Shown here piece after piece: positions 55,293-62,879 of a stretch of DNA of 64,000 nucleotides (position 1 is its first letter; every line of letters starts with the position of its first letter). Made by a program: the position numbers and the translations under genes. The notes below the pieces were generated by a model, which made no database searches, was not told where the DNA came from, and saw only the letters and a program-made list of their open reading frames with translations. Source of the DNA: Patescibacteria group bacterium (GTDB lineage Bacteria > Patescibacteriota > Minisyncoccia > Phycocordibacterales > Phycocordibacteraceae); the NCBI GenBank assembly GCA_038057055.1, contig JBBUDY010000019.1, positions 25,101 to 89,100 of the forward strand. Reading direction: 5' to 3'.

Positions 55293-55361
55293 TTGAAGTG
55301 TCCGGGTGAAATCAAGGTCAACATCATCCGCGAAAACCGCGTGGTTGAATTTGCCCGCTAA
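55293..55361. repeat. rny 3'-terminus repeat (orphan; LKCPGEIKVNIIRENRVVEFAR*)
   Basis: 55302-55361 encodes the same 19 aa plus stop as 53918-53977, with 14 nt differences, all synonymous. Confidence 0.95.
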
Positions 55362-55408
55362 CTTTATAAGATTTCTATAACTTGCATAACTTTATAAAGT
55401 TTGGTAGT

Positions 55409-56350
55409 ATGGGTTTTATGACCATACGGCAGAAATTAGAAATTATCCAGAAGATGCTGGGACTAACCCAGACGAAGCTCGCCGCGAAGTTCGGCGTATC
55501 TTTTGCCGCCTTCAACAGTTGGTGGACTGATAAATCCACACCGCGGTCAAAGATGCAGACCGCTATAAATGAGCTTTTTTTGGAAGTGACGGGGCAAAAA
55601 ATAATTCCTGCCGACCAGCTCACCGCAAAGAAGCAGGTGTTACAACAAAGGTCGAAAGCACACAGAAGCCTCATTAATAGAATTCTGGATAATCCAGATA
55701 TTCGGGATCAATTTATTCTTAAGCTTACCTACCACAGCAATCGCATCGAGGGGAGTACGCTCTCCGAACCTGATACTGCTGCGGTTCTTTTTGACAACGT
55801 TGCACTGCCAAACAAAAGTTTGACCGAACAACTGGAAGCAAAGAACCACCAAACCGCTTTGAATTATCTGTTTGATCACGTTGCAAAAAAAGAAAAAATT
55901 AACGAAGCATTGGTACTAAAACTTCACAGTATCCTCATGAACGGTATTCGTTCGGACGCCGGCACATACCGCAATCATGCAGTGAGAATCATCGGCGTTC
56001 ATTTGCCGACGGCGAATTATATGAGCATTCATACATTGATGCCAAAAGTAATGGCTTGCGCCGTCAGAAAGACGAAAGATATTGTCGCGCTATCCGCTAG
56101 TGTCCATAGCAGATTTGAACAGGTGCACCCTTTCTCTGATGGCAATGGCCGTGTCGGTCGTCTACTTATGAATGCAATGCTTCTTAATGCAAATTTTGCT
56201 CCAGCGATAATTCGCCAAGAGAATAAACAACTGTATTATACATATCTCTATAAAGCGCAGATTAAAGAAGACCAAAGCCAGTTAGAGGATTTCTTTTGTG
56301 AAGCGGTCATAGACGGCTTCAAAATTCTGGAACGGACGGACACACGTTAG
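55409..56350 (+). CDS. Fic-domain protein with N-terminal XRE-type HTH
   Basis: HTH LGLTQTKLAAKFGVSFAAFNSWW. Fic motif HPFSDGNGRVGR. Confidence 0.88.
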   Translation: MGFMTIRQKLEIIQKMLGLTQTKLAAKFGVSFAAFNSWWTDKSTPRSKMQTAINELFLEVTGQKIIPADQLTAKKQVLQQRSKAHRSLINRILDNPDIRDQFILKLTYHSNRIEGSTLSEPDTAAVLFDNVALPNKSLTEQLEAKNHQTALNYLFDHVAKKEKINEALVLKLHSILMNGIRSDAGTYRNHAVRIIGVHLPTANYMSIHTLMPKVMACAVRKTKDIVALSASVHSRFEQVHPFSDGNGRVGRLLMNAMLLNANFAPAIIRQENKQLYYTYLYKAQIKEDQSQLEDFFCEAVIDGFKILERTDTR

Positions 56351-56404
56351 TCGCCACACAAGTCGGGCTGTCTCTCAAAGATTTTCTGAAGCTGTAAGAG
56401 TAAT

Positions 56405-56429
56405 AAAAACCCGGCGCGTACGCGCCGGG
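56405..56429 (-). terminator. Rho-independent terminator (minus-strand operon end; possibly bidirectional)
   Basis: Stem CCCGGCGCG/CGCGCCGGG with a U-tract on the minus strand. Confidence 0.8.
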
Positions 56430-56445
56430 GCCCCAAGAGTCGAGG

Positions 56446-56583
56446 CTATTCCACTCGTGCCGACCTGCGGACTTGCAGGTCATGTGCCCGGATCTCCGTC
56501 CGCGCGGCCCGTTTCACAGGCAGTGGGCGCACTCGTGGCGGGTCCTTCTCCCGCTTTTTCTGCGGGACATTTGTGGCTACCAT
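56446..56583 (-). CDS. 45-aa Arg/Pro/Lys-rich peptide co-transcribed with the radical SAM gene
   Basis: MVATNVPQKKREKDPPRVRPLPVKRAARTEIRAHDLQVRRSARVE. SD GGAGG 8 nt upstream of the ATG, 25 nt after the rSAM stop, terminator right after. Confidence 0.5.
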   Translation of the reverse strand: MVATNVPQKKREKDPPRVRPLPVKRAARTEIRAHDLQVRRSARVE

Positions 56584-56608
56584 TACTCTCACCTCCTTTC
56601 TCTTGCAG

Positions 56609-58342
56609 TTAGACTTCTTTGAGAATAAGTTGATCGAGATCTTCGAGATACTCCCCCACCTTGATGTTGAAGCCGAGCGAGGGGAATGGTTCCGTCGGCT
56701 GCGGATAGTAGTACCAGCGTTCCGGCTGTGTTGAAGCGACGATACCGAGCCATCCGGCGGATTCAATGCGTTCTCCTGCCAGCCCACTTTCAAGCGTAGC
56801 CACGAGCTCTGTAACCACAGCTCTCGCATCCGGCTCGGACAGTCCAAGCACGAGTGGCAACTTCTGTTCTGTTTCGACAATCGTGTAACCGACCCGAAGG
56901 AATCCAAGCGCCATTCGTTGCGACAACTCCAAGCCCGTAGAATCAGCCTGTGCCGCAAGGAGCCAGATTCTGAAACCAGATCCCATAAGTCTTGATTGCA
57001 GATCCGTGTCCCCGCCCTCTCGGTCAACACTTGTGGAAGGAAACGCGATGTTGGTGACCAACCAACCCAGCATCGACGCGTCGGTGTCGAGCCCTATACG
57101 GCGAGCGTCGACCTCGACATCCCACTCCCGAAAATCTATCTCGCCTCTCCCGGCATTGACCATTGCGTTATACAGCGGTCGAAGCATGGAGGACTGAAGG
57201 ATAAACGGGAGGTTCTTTTGCTGCTGCTCGGATAAGAACCGAGCGGTTGCGACGTCGTGAGAGTTCGGGAAATGCATGAGCAACAGACGCGCGTTAATGC
57301 CGGCTTCTCCGAGCACTTGCACTGCGTTCTTGCTTGCGCTTGATACGGCGCGTTTCTGCACTGCATCGAGCACCTCCTGGTCCATTGTCTCCACGCCGAT
57401 TGACAGCGTGTGGCAACCGGCCACCGTAAGACGCGGCGCAATTTCCCTCGTTACGTGGTCACAACGTGTGATCCCCCACCACCCAAACTCCGGATGACGA
57501 GATTTGACTCCCGCAAGCAGTTCCAGAAGCACCGCGGTCTTTTTCTTATGCAACCCGAGAGTCGAGTCGATGAGGTAGTTATTAGTGACGCCGTGCCGGA
57601 GCAGAAACTCCGCCTCATCTGCGACTGTACGTGGCTCGCGATACCGCACACCGACAAGCTCACCGCGGATGGCACAGTAGGTACAGCCATACGGACATCC
57701 CCGCATCATCTCGAGGAGCCCCATCGGCTGTAGGCCGAGGTAACGGTACTTCTGCACGTAGCTCGCGAAGTCAAACGTGCCATTGACCGTGTACAACGCT
57801 TCCGCGCTGTACCCGTCAAGCATTTCGCGCTGTGTGCTCCCGACGACTCCTTCTCTGGTGCACATGCCGGGGACGTCCCGTTTGCCGGAGTCGAGTGCAG
57901 AAAGTAGCTGGGGTATCTCAACGCCGTCGCCAGCATAGAAGATATCTGCGGTGATCTGTTCGAGCGCATTTCCCCGAACGAGATTCATCGCCCCACCACC
58001 AACCACAATCGGTACCGAAGAGATCTTTCGTATCGACTTGGCGACATGCCGGACGATATTCCCTTGTGCCACCGTTGGCCAAATAAGGAACACTGCCGTG
58101 TGTGTGCCGCCGAGACGCCGTGCGACCGCCTCTTCAACCGCTCGCTCGGGATTTTCAGGATTGCTGAAGGCCACGAGGTTGCAATCAAGAAGCTCTACAC
58201 TGACTCCGGCGACGATGAGCCGGTACGCAACTTCGAACAAAACTCGAGGAACCATCAGTCCTTCGAGTGACCCCGGCCCCGACAACTTTCTGACATCCGC
58301 ATAGCTAGATGTATTGCACGCCAGGACGCATAAGATTCGCAT
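56609..58342 (-). CDS. B12-binding-domain radical SAM enzyme with long C-terminal extension
   Basis: CxxxCxxC cluster MRGCPYGCTYCAI. N-terminal Rossmann-like B12-type region. SD AAGGAG 6 nt before ATG 58342. Confidence 0.8.
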   Translation of the reverse strand: MRILCVLACNTSSYADVRKLSGPGSLEGLMVPRVLFEVAYRLIVAGVSVELLDCNLVAFSNPENPERAVEEAVARRLGGTHTAVFLIWPTVAQGNIVRHVAKSIRKISSVPIVVGGGAMNLVRGNALEQITADIFYAGDGVEIPQLLSALDSGKRDVPGMCTREGVVGSTQREMLDGYSAEALYTVNGTFDFASYVQKYRYLGLQPMGLLEMMRGCPYGCTYCAIRGELVGVRYREPRTVADEAEFLLRHGVTNNYLIDSTLGLHKKKTAVLLELLAGVKSRHPEFGWWGITRCDHVTREIAPRLTVAGCHTLSIGVETMDQEVLDAVQKRAVSSASKNAVQVLGEAGINARLLLMHFPNSHDVATARFLSEQQQKNLPFILQSSMLRPLYNAMVNAGRGEIDFREWDVEVDARRIGLDTDASMLGWLVTNIAFPSTSVDREGGDTDLQSRLMGSGFRIWLLAAQADSTGLELSQRMALGFLRVGYTIVETEQKLPLVLGLSEPDARAVVTELVATLESGLAGERIESAGWLGIVASTQPERWYYYPQPTEPFPSLGFNIKVGEYLEDLDQLILKEV

Positions 58343-58502
58343 GATCATCTCCTTAGTTTTGAAAAGGTCTTCCAACAGCATTAGGCATCTTTTACGAAGG
58401 ACAGTCAAAAATATCTTACATAAACGGAAAGATATCTCTATTATGTTGCGTATTCAGTAACTTTATGTAATATAGAAGTTGTAAGAGATTTACGACAATT
58501 TC

Positions 58503-59234
58503 ATGGAGATAAAAGATGTCCTAGCGCAGTTTAGCCTTACCGAGAAAGAGTCCTCGATCTATCTTGCTGCGCTTGAGTTGGGTACTACGACCGCGGCGGC
58601 TATTGCAAAAAAGGCCGGAATCCAGCGCACGCACTTCTACGATATATCCGAAAGTCTTATTACTGCAGGCTTTTTGCAACGAGTTTCTAAAGAGAACAGA
58701 CGACTCTACTCTGCTGCTGATCCCGAAACGCTTATTGAAATTGAGGAAAAGAAAATTGAAAAACTGAAGAAGACTCTTCCCGAGTTTAAGGCGCTCTACA
58801 ACACCTCCGGCAAGAAGCCGAAGATAACCTACTATGAAGGGCGAAGTGGCATCGAACAAATTAACGACGATACGTTACGGTATAAAGGCGAATCGGTCGC
58901 ATTCACAACTCCTCGGTTCGTCTCCTTCCCGAGTAGGAGTACGGGGAAAGCATATATCGAGAAGCGTGTTGCTATGGGTAATCATGTGCGCGTGATTGGA
59001 GAGGACGCTCCAGAGATTCGCGAACTACAGGGGAAAGATGAAGAAGAACTAAGAGAGACAAGGATATTATCTAAGGACATATTTCGTTCGGAAATAGAAA
59101 TTGGCATGTATGGAAGCAAGGTTTTCATTATTGATTACAAGGAGCAATTTGGATTCATCATTGAGGACACAGAAATTGCCCGCGTTATGAAGATGATTTT
59201 CGAGATTGTCTGGGGCCGATGGGAGAAATCGTAG
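58503..59234 (+). CDS. TrmB-like transcriptional regulator
   Basis: wHTH LTEKESSIYLAALELGTTTAAAIAKKAGIQRTHFYDISESL. Divergent from the rSAM operon. Confidence 0.7.
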   Translation: MEIKDVLAQFSLTEKESSIYLAALELGTTTAAAIAKKAGIQRTHFYDISESLITAGFLQRVSKENRRLYSAADPETLIEIEEKKIEKLKKTLPEFKALYNTSGKKPKITYYEGRSGIEQINDDTLRYKGESVAFTTPRFVSFPSRSTGKAYIEKRVAMGNHVRVIGEDAPEIRELQGKDEEELRETRILSKDIFRSEIEIGMYGSKVFIIDYKEQFGFIIEDTEIARVMKMIFEIVWGRWEKS

Positions 59235-59350
59235 TGATTTCGCGTTATCCACGTGAGGTTGGCAAGGGTATTGCGTAATATGGCGCATTTCCTATACTTC
59301 TTTGCAACCCGCCCTCTGTAGGCTGCGGGATTAGCAGCTAGCAGATATTT

Positions 59351-59623
59351 ATGAACAAAGCAGATATCGTAGACAAGGTACATGGCGTTCTCGGCACCAC
59401 CAAGGCCGACGCCGAGCGCGCTGTCGAGACGGTCATTAACTCTATCGTTTCCAGCCTCAAGGGTGGGGACGAAGTGTCGGTTGCCGGTCTCGGCATCTTC
59501 GCGACGAAGGCGCGCCCAGCGCGCCAGGGCAGGAATCCCCGCACCGGCGAGACGATTCACATCAACGCTTCTCGCACCGCGAAGTTCCGCGCCGCGAAGG
59601 CGCTGAAGGACGCGGTGAAATAA
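59351..59623 (+). CDS. hup: DNA-binding protein HU
   Basis: MNKADIVDKV...GRNPRTGETIHI arm motif. Confidence 0.95.
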   Translation: MNKADIVDKVHGVLGTTKADAERAVETVINSIVSSLKGGDEVSVAGLGIFATKARPARQGRNPRTGETIHINASRTAKFRAAKALKDAVK

Positions 59624-59642
59624 GTTTTTCGTGCCAAACACA

Positions 59643-59672
59643 GCGCGGCGCCTCTGGCGCCGCGTTGTTTTC
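59643..59672 (+). terminator. Rho-independent terminator after hup
   Basis: Stem GCGCGGCGCC/GGCGCCGCG, then TGTTTTCTT. Confidence 0.8.
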
Positions 59673-60077
59673 TTATATCAACCAAGGAACACCGACTATT
59701 TGGGCGTTTGCCTCCTCTACCTCGCTCTTGATTTTTTCAAAAGTAACAAGCAACGCCCGGTATCTCTCCAGTTTTTGTGTAGGGGTGTCTCCACTTGTGT
59801 CTATCTCGGCAACATTGAAATCGAAAAAATATCGAACAGCGAGCTCTCCTCCCGGTGAGCCAAGCTGCAAAAGCTTCCCGAGCTCTGGGTAACTTATAGA
59901 CAATCGTCTACGTACTTCAGAAGTTTGTTCCTCCAATAGTGCCACACGAATCTGATCAAAAGGCTTGCTCGCCTGCCTCGCTATTTTCTCAATCTGCTCC
60001 CTTATGGCGGAAATTTTCTCTTCGTCGCTCTGTTCTCCTGACGGAGCCCGTGTCCCCCCTGGCGCGTTGATGCTCAT
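59673..60077 (-). CDS. Hypothetical 134-aa protein
   Basis: ORF downstream of the TrmB-like gene remnant. No motif recognised. Confidence 0.5.
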   Translation of the reverse strand: MSINAPGGTRAPSGEQSDEEKISAIREQIEKIARQASKPFDQIRVALLEEQTSEVRRRLSISYPELGKLLQLGSPGGELAVRYFFDFNVAEIDTSGDTPTQKLERYRALLVTFEKIKSEVEEANAQIVGVPWLI

Positions 60078-60095
60078 AATGGTATTACTGTACCA

Positions 60096-60242
60096 CTATT
60101 TAATTTCTTTCGCGTTCCCCCACACAACATCAAAGATTGGCCGCAAAGCGGCTACGATATCTGCCGACTCTATGACCACAACAAAAGGTTTTTCTCCGAG
60201 GCTGGTAATCGCGAGCTTGTTTTCATAGATCGAGAAGTCCAT
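60096..60242 (-). pseudogene. Remnant of a TrmB-like regulator (C-terminal 48 codons only)
   Basis: MDFSIYENKLAITSLGEKPFVVVIESADIVAALRPIFDVVWGNAKEIK aligns to the C-terminus of 58503-59234 (IEIGMYGSKVFIIDYKEQFGFIIEDTEIARVMKMIFEIVW). An in-frame stop lies 17 codons upstream of its ATG. Confidence 0.6.
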
Positions 60243-60305
60243 CTGCGCCCCACGGAGTGCCGACCATATGCGCACCTGATAGAGAGACCTCTAACGGCAG
60301 AACAA

Positions 60306-60506
60306 GTGCGGCAATTTGCCAAAGAACTTGGATGCAAGGAAAAGAATGAGCTTGTTCTCGGTAATTATTATCTTGGAGCCAGGTTACCGGACAGGACGAT
60401 ATTCGAATGCAATGACGTGATGGTTAATGAATTCCACATGCGCTTCTTGTTCGCGAGAAAGCACGAAGACGAGTGGAAGCCGATAATCAACGAACTGAGG
60501 AGATAG
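60306..60506 (+). CDS. Hypothetical 66-aa protein
   Basis: GTG-start ORF coupled (2-nt gap, SD GAGGAG) to the next ORF. Confidence 0.4.
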   Translation: MRQFAKELGCKEKNELVLGNYYLGARLPDRTIFECNDVMVNEFHMRFLFARKHEDEWKPIINELRR

Positions 60507-60508
60507 TC

Positions 60509-60961
60509 ATGTCGCAAACGAGTGCAGAATCCCGGGAGAGCTGGGTGGCGGTGGGAGCGGACGGAGAAGAACATCTGTTCGTGCATTGCGGGAGCTGTAA
60601 TCAACCGTATGAATCGTCACGGAAAGTACTTCGGGTGAGTGAGGAGGATTACGCAAAGCTAGAGAGGCTGAATAGTTTGGCTACAGAGGAGGCCATAAAT
60701 GGCAGCTCTGTGATCGCGGCTTTATTCCTACTCACGTTTGTGGAACTTTTTTGTGTTCTGGAACTATTCTCGGACCTCAAAGTCCAACTTATGATATCGG
60801 GTGGTACGATTTTACTTTTGGTCATGCTCCTGTGTTGGTCCCGTGTGTGTTCGCAGCAACAAGAAAAAAAGTGGCAACAGAAAGAAGAGATTCTCTTTCG
60901 CTACGGAGCAAAAATCGAGGATAATTATCTCACCCTGCCACCGAAGTCCGAATACGACTGA
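60509..60961 (+). CDS. Hypothetical membrane protein (2 TM) with CxxC
   Basis: HCGSCNQ motif. TM helices VIAALFLLTFVELFCVLELF and GGTILLLVMLLCW. Terminator follows. Confidence 0.5.
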   Translation: MSQTSAESRESWVAVGADGEEHLFVHCGSCNQPYESSRKVLRVSEEDYAKLERLNSLATEEAINGSSVIAALFLLTFVELFCVLELFSDLKVQLMISGGTILLLVMLLCWSRVCSQQQEKKWQQKEEILFRYGAKIEDNYLTLPPKSEYD

Positions 60962-60978
60962 TGTCAGGTCGAACTTCA

Positions 60979-61004
60979 AGCCCGCGCTACGCGCGGGCTT
61001 TTTC
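60979..61004 (+). terminator. Rho-independent terminator
   Basis: Stem AGCCCGCGC/GCGCGGGCT followed by TTTTT. Confidence 0.8.
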
Positions 61005-61070
61005 TATCTCAAATATCTCTTCTTTAACTCCTATGCTATATTACATTGTATTATGAGATAATATATTATT

Positions 61071-61316
61071 ATGGCGACCACGGAAATTGAGAAGGACACG
61101 GTAACATTCCGAATCCCAACACAAAAGCGCACGGAACTTGACCGAGTTGCAGACGGATTATTGCGCGACCGAAGCTTTGTGTTAAACGAAGCGGTAGATG
61201 CCTATCTTGATACGAAACGTTGGCAAATAGCCCATGTCGAAGGAGGACTCAAGGACGCAAAAGCTGGCCGATTTGCAAGCGCGCGAGATGTCGAGCGTGC
61301 CTACAAGGGTGAATAG
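61071..61316 (+). CDS. RHH (CopG/ParD-like) antitoxin
   Basis: TVTFRIPTQKRTELDRVA ribbon-helix-helix start. TGAGATAAT -10 lies 8 nt upstream. Confidence 0.7.
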   Translation: MATTEIEKDTVTFRIPTQKRTELDRVADGLLRDRSFVLNEAVDAYLDTKRWQIAHVEGGLKDAKAGRFASARDVERAYKGE

Positions 61317-61320
61317 AATC

Positions 61321-61611
61321 ATGCGTATACGGTATACAGAGACGGCATTAGCTGACATACATTCGGCATTTAATTATCTCGCGCGAGAAGCAGATGGGCG
61401 TATTGCAATAAGTGTTCTTGTGCGCGTGCAGAGTGCCATACAATCTCTCGGTGATTTCCCGGAACAAGGTCGAGACGGACGAGTCGTCGGCACGAGAGAA
61501 TTGGTTGTCCATAAAACTTCCCTGATTACCGCATATCGGATCGTGAAGAATGAAGTGCAGATTCTCGCGCTTATCCATAGTTCTCGCCGTTGGCCGGACA
61601 CCTTTAAGTAA
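61321..61611 (+). CDS. ParE/RelE-family toxin
   Basis: MRIRYTETALADI...GRVVGTRELVVHKTSLITAYRIVKNEVQILALIHSSRRWP is a ParE-type pattern. Confidence 0.8.
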   Translation: MRIRYTETALADIHSAFNYLAREADGRIAISVLVRVQSAIQSLGDFPEQGRDGRVVGTRELVVHKTSLITAYRIVKNEVQILALIHSSRRWPDTFK

Positions 61612-62743
61612 GATACTTCTTTTTGTTTAACTTTGTCGGCAGGTAACTTTCGTCATCGTACTTTTCGTACCCTTTGCCGTAATCCAATTCCTTCATCAGC
61701 TTGGTGACGGCATTACGGACTTTTTTTGGGATGGGGAGATTGCCGTGTGTTTGCACATCGGCTTGGGCCGCGCGGAGCGCGTCGTAGGCGGAGCGGTCTT
61801 TCTTCGCGCCTGCGAGATAGGCGACGCCGTGGGCGAGATTGATGGCACATTCTGGGTAGCCAATAGTCTCGCAGGCGCGGAATACCGCGTTTGCTACTAC
61901 GAGCGCGGTGGGCTGGGCGAGCCCCACATCTTCAGAGGCGAATATGACCATTCGGCGCGCGATAAAGAGCGGGTCCTCTCCCGCCTCCACCATCCGTGCG
62001 AGATAATACATCGCCGCGTCCGGCTGTGACGCACGCATGCTTTTTATAAATGCAGAAATAGTGTCGTAGTGCTCCTCTCCCTTCTTGTCATACCGCAAGT
62101 GCGGCGACTCGAGCGCTTGATTCAATGTCTCGACGGTCACTGCTCCATACAAACTTTGCGCCCCCTCCATCATCCCGAGCGCTTTGCGTGCGTCTCCGCT
62201 TGCATAGCCCATGAGCCAATCAAAAGCATCTTTATTCACCTTTATCTTCGTGCGCTTCACAATCGCGCGGAGCGCTTCTTCAGAGAGTGGCTCGAGTACG
62301 AATACGCGACAGCGTGAGAGAAGTGCAGAAATAATTTCGAACGACGGATTCTCGGTCGTCGCGCCGATGAGTGTTAATTCCCCACTCTCGACATACGGTA
62401 ACAGGAAATCCTGCTGGCTTTTATTGAACCGATGTATCTCATCTAAAAACAATACTTTGTTTTTACCCTTCGTAGCCTTTGGCGAAGTAGGGCTCACTAT
62501 CTTTCTGATATCGTCTTTCCCAGCAGAGACCGCCGAGAGCTCAAAGAGTTCTGCGTCAAGCGCACGCGCATAGATTCTAGCGATGGTCGTCTTGCCTGTC
62601 CCCGGCGGGCCCCACAGGACAAATGAGAAGAGATGTTTCTTTTCTACCGCAACTCGGAGCGGCTTCCCTACTCCCACAAGGTGTTCCTGCCCGACGACAT
62701 CATCAAGCACCTGCGGTCGTATTCTCGCGGCGAGAGGTTCCAT
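61604..62743 (-). CDS. rarA: Replication-associated recombination protein A (RarA/MgsA AAA+ ATPase)
   Basis: LAARIRPQVLDDVVGQEHL, Walker A GPPGTGKTT, LFLDEIHRFNK, C-terminal MgsA domain (AMYYLARM). Confidence 0.92.
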   Translation of the reverse strand: MEPLAARIRPQVLDDVVGQEHLVGVGKPLRVAVEKKHLFSFVLWGPPGTGKTTIARIYARALDAELFELSAVSAGKDDIRKIVSPTSPKATKGKNKVLFLDEIHRFNKSQQDFLLPYVESGELTLIGATTENPSFEIISALLSRCRVFVLEPLSEEALRAIVKRTKIKVNKDAFDWLMGYASGDARKALGMMEGAQSLYGAVTVETLNQALESPHLRYDKKGEEHYDTISAFIKSMRASQPDAAMYYLARMVEAGEDPLFIARRMVIFASEDVGLAQPTALVVANAVFRACETIGYPECAINLAHGVAYLAGAKKDRSAYDALRAAQADVQTHGNLPIPKKVRNAVTKLMKELDYGKGYEKYDDESYLPTKLNKKKYLT

Positions 62744-62774
62744 CTGTCTATGGTACTCCTCTCTCGAAATTTTG

Positions 62775-62845
62775 TGCGGACGGCGGGAGTCGGACCCGCG
62801 CTGATTGCTTGGAAGGCAACCGTCATACCGTTAGACCACGTCCGC
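62775..62845 (-). tRNA. tRNA-Gly (anticodon UCC)
   Basis: 71-nt cloverleaf on the minus strand. Acceptor GCGGACG/CGTCCGC, anticodon loop CTTCCAA, T arm GCGGG-TCCGACT-CCCGC. Confidence 0.92.
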
Positions 62846-62879
62846 TGATAATGCAAAGATACCATTTTTGGGTTAGCGT

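Noticed and set aside
56584-57030. Upstream part of 194-aa track ORF 56446-57030
   Set aside because: It overlaps the radical SAM coding frame. Only the last 45 codons, which have their own SD and lie beyond the rSAM stop, were kept as a candidate peptide gene.
59235-59350. TTATCCAC DnaA-box-like sequence upstream of hup
   Set aside because: It is a single isolated occurrence far from dnaA with no cluster or AT-rich unwinding element. Most likely chance.
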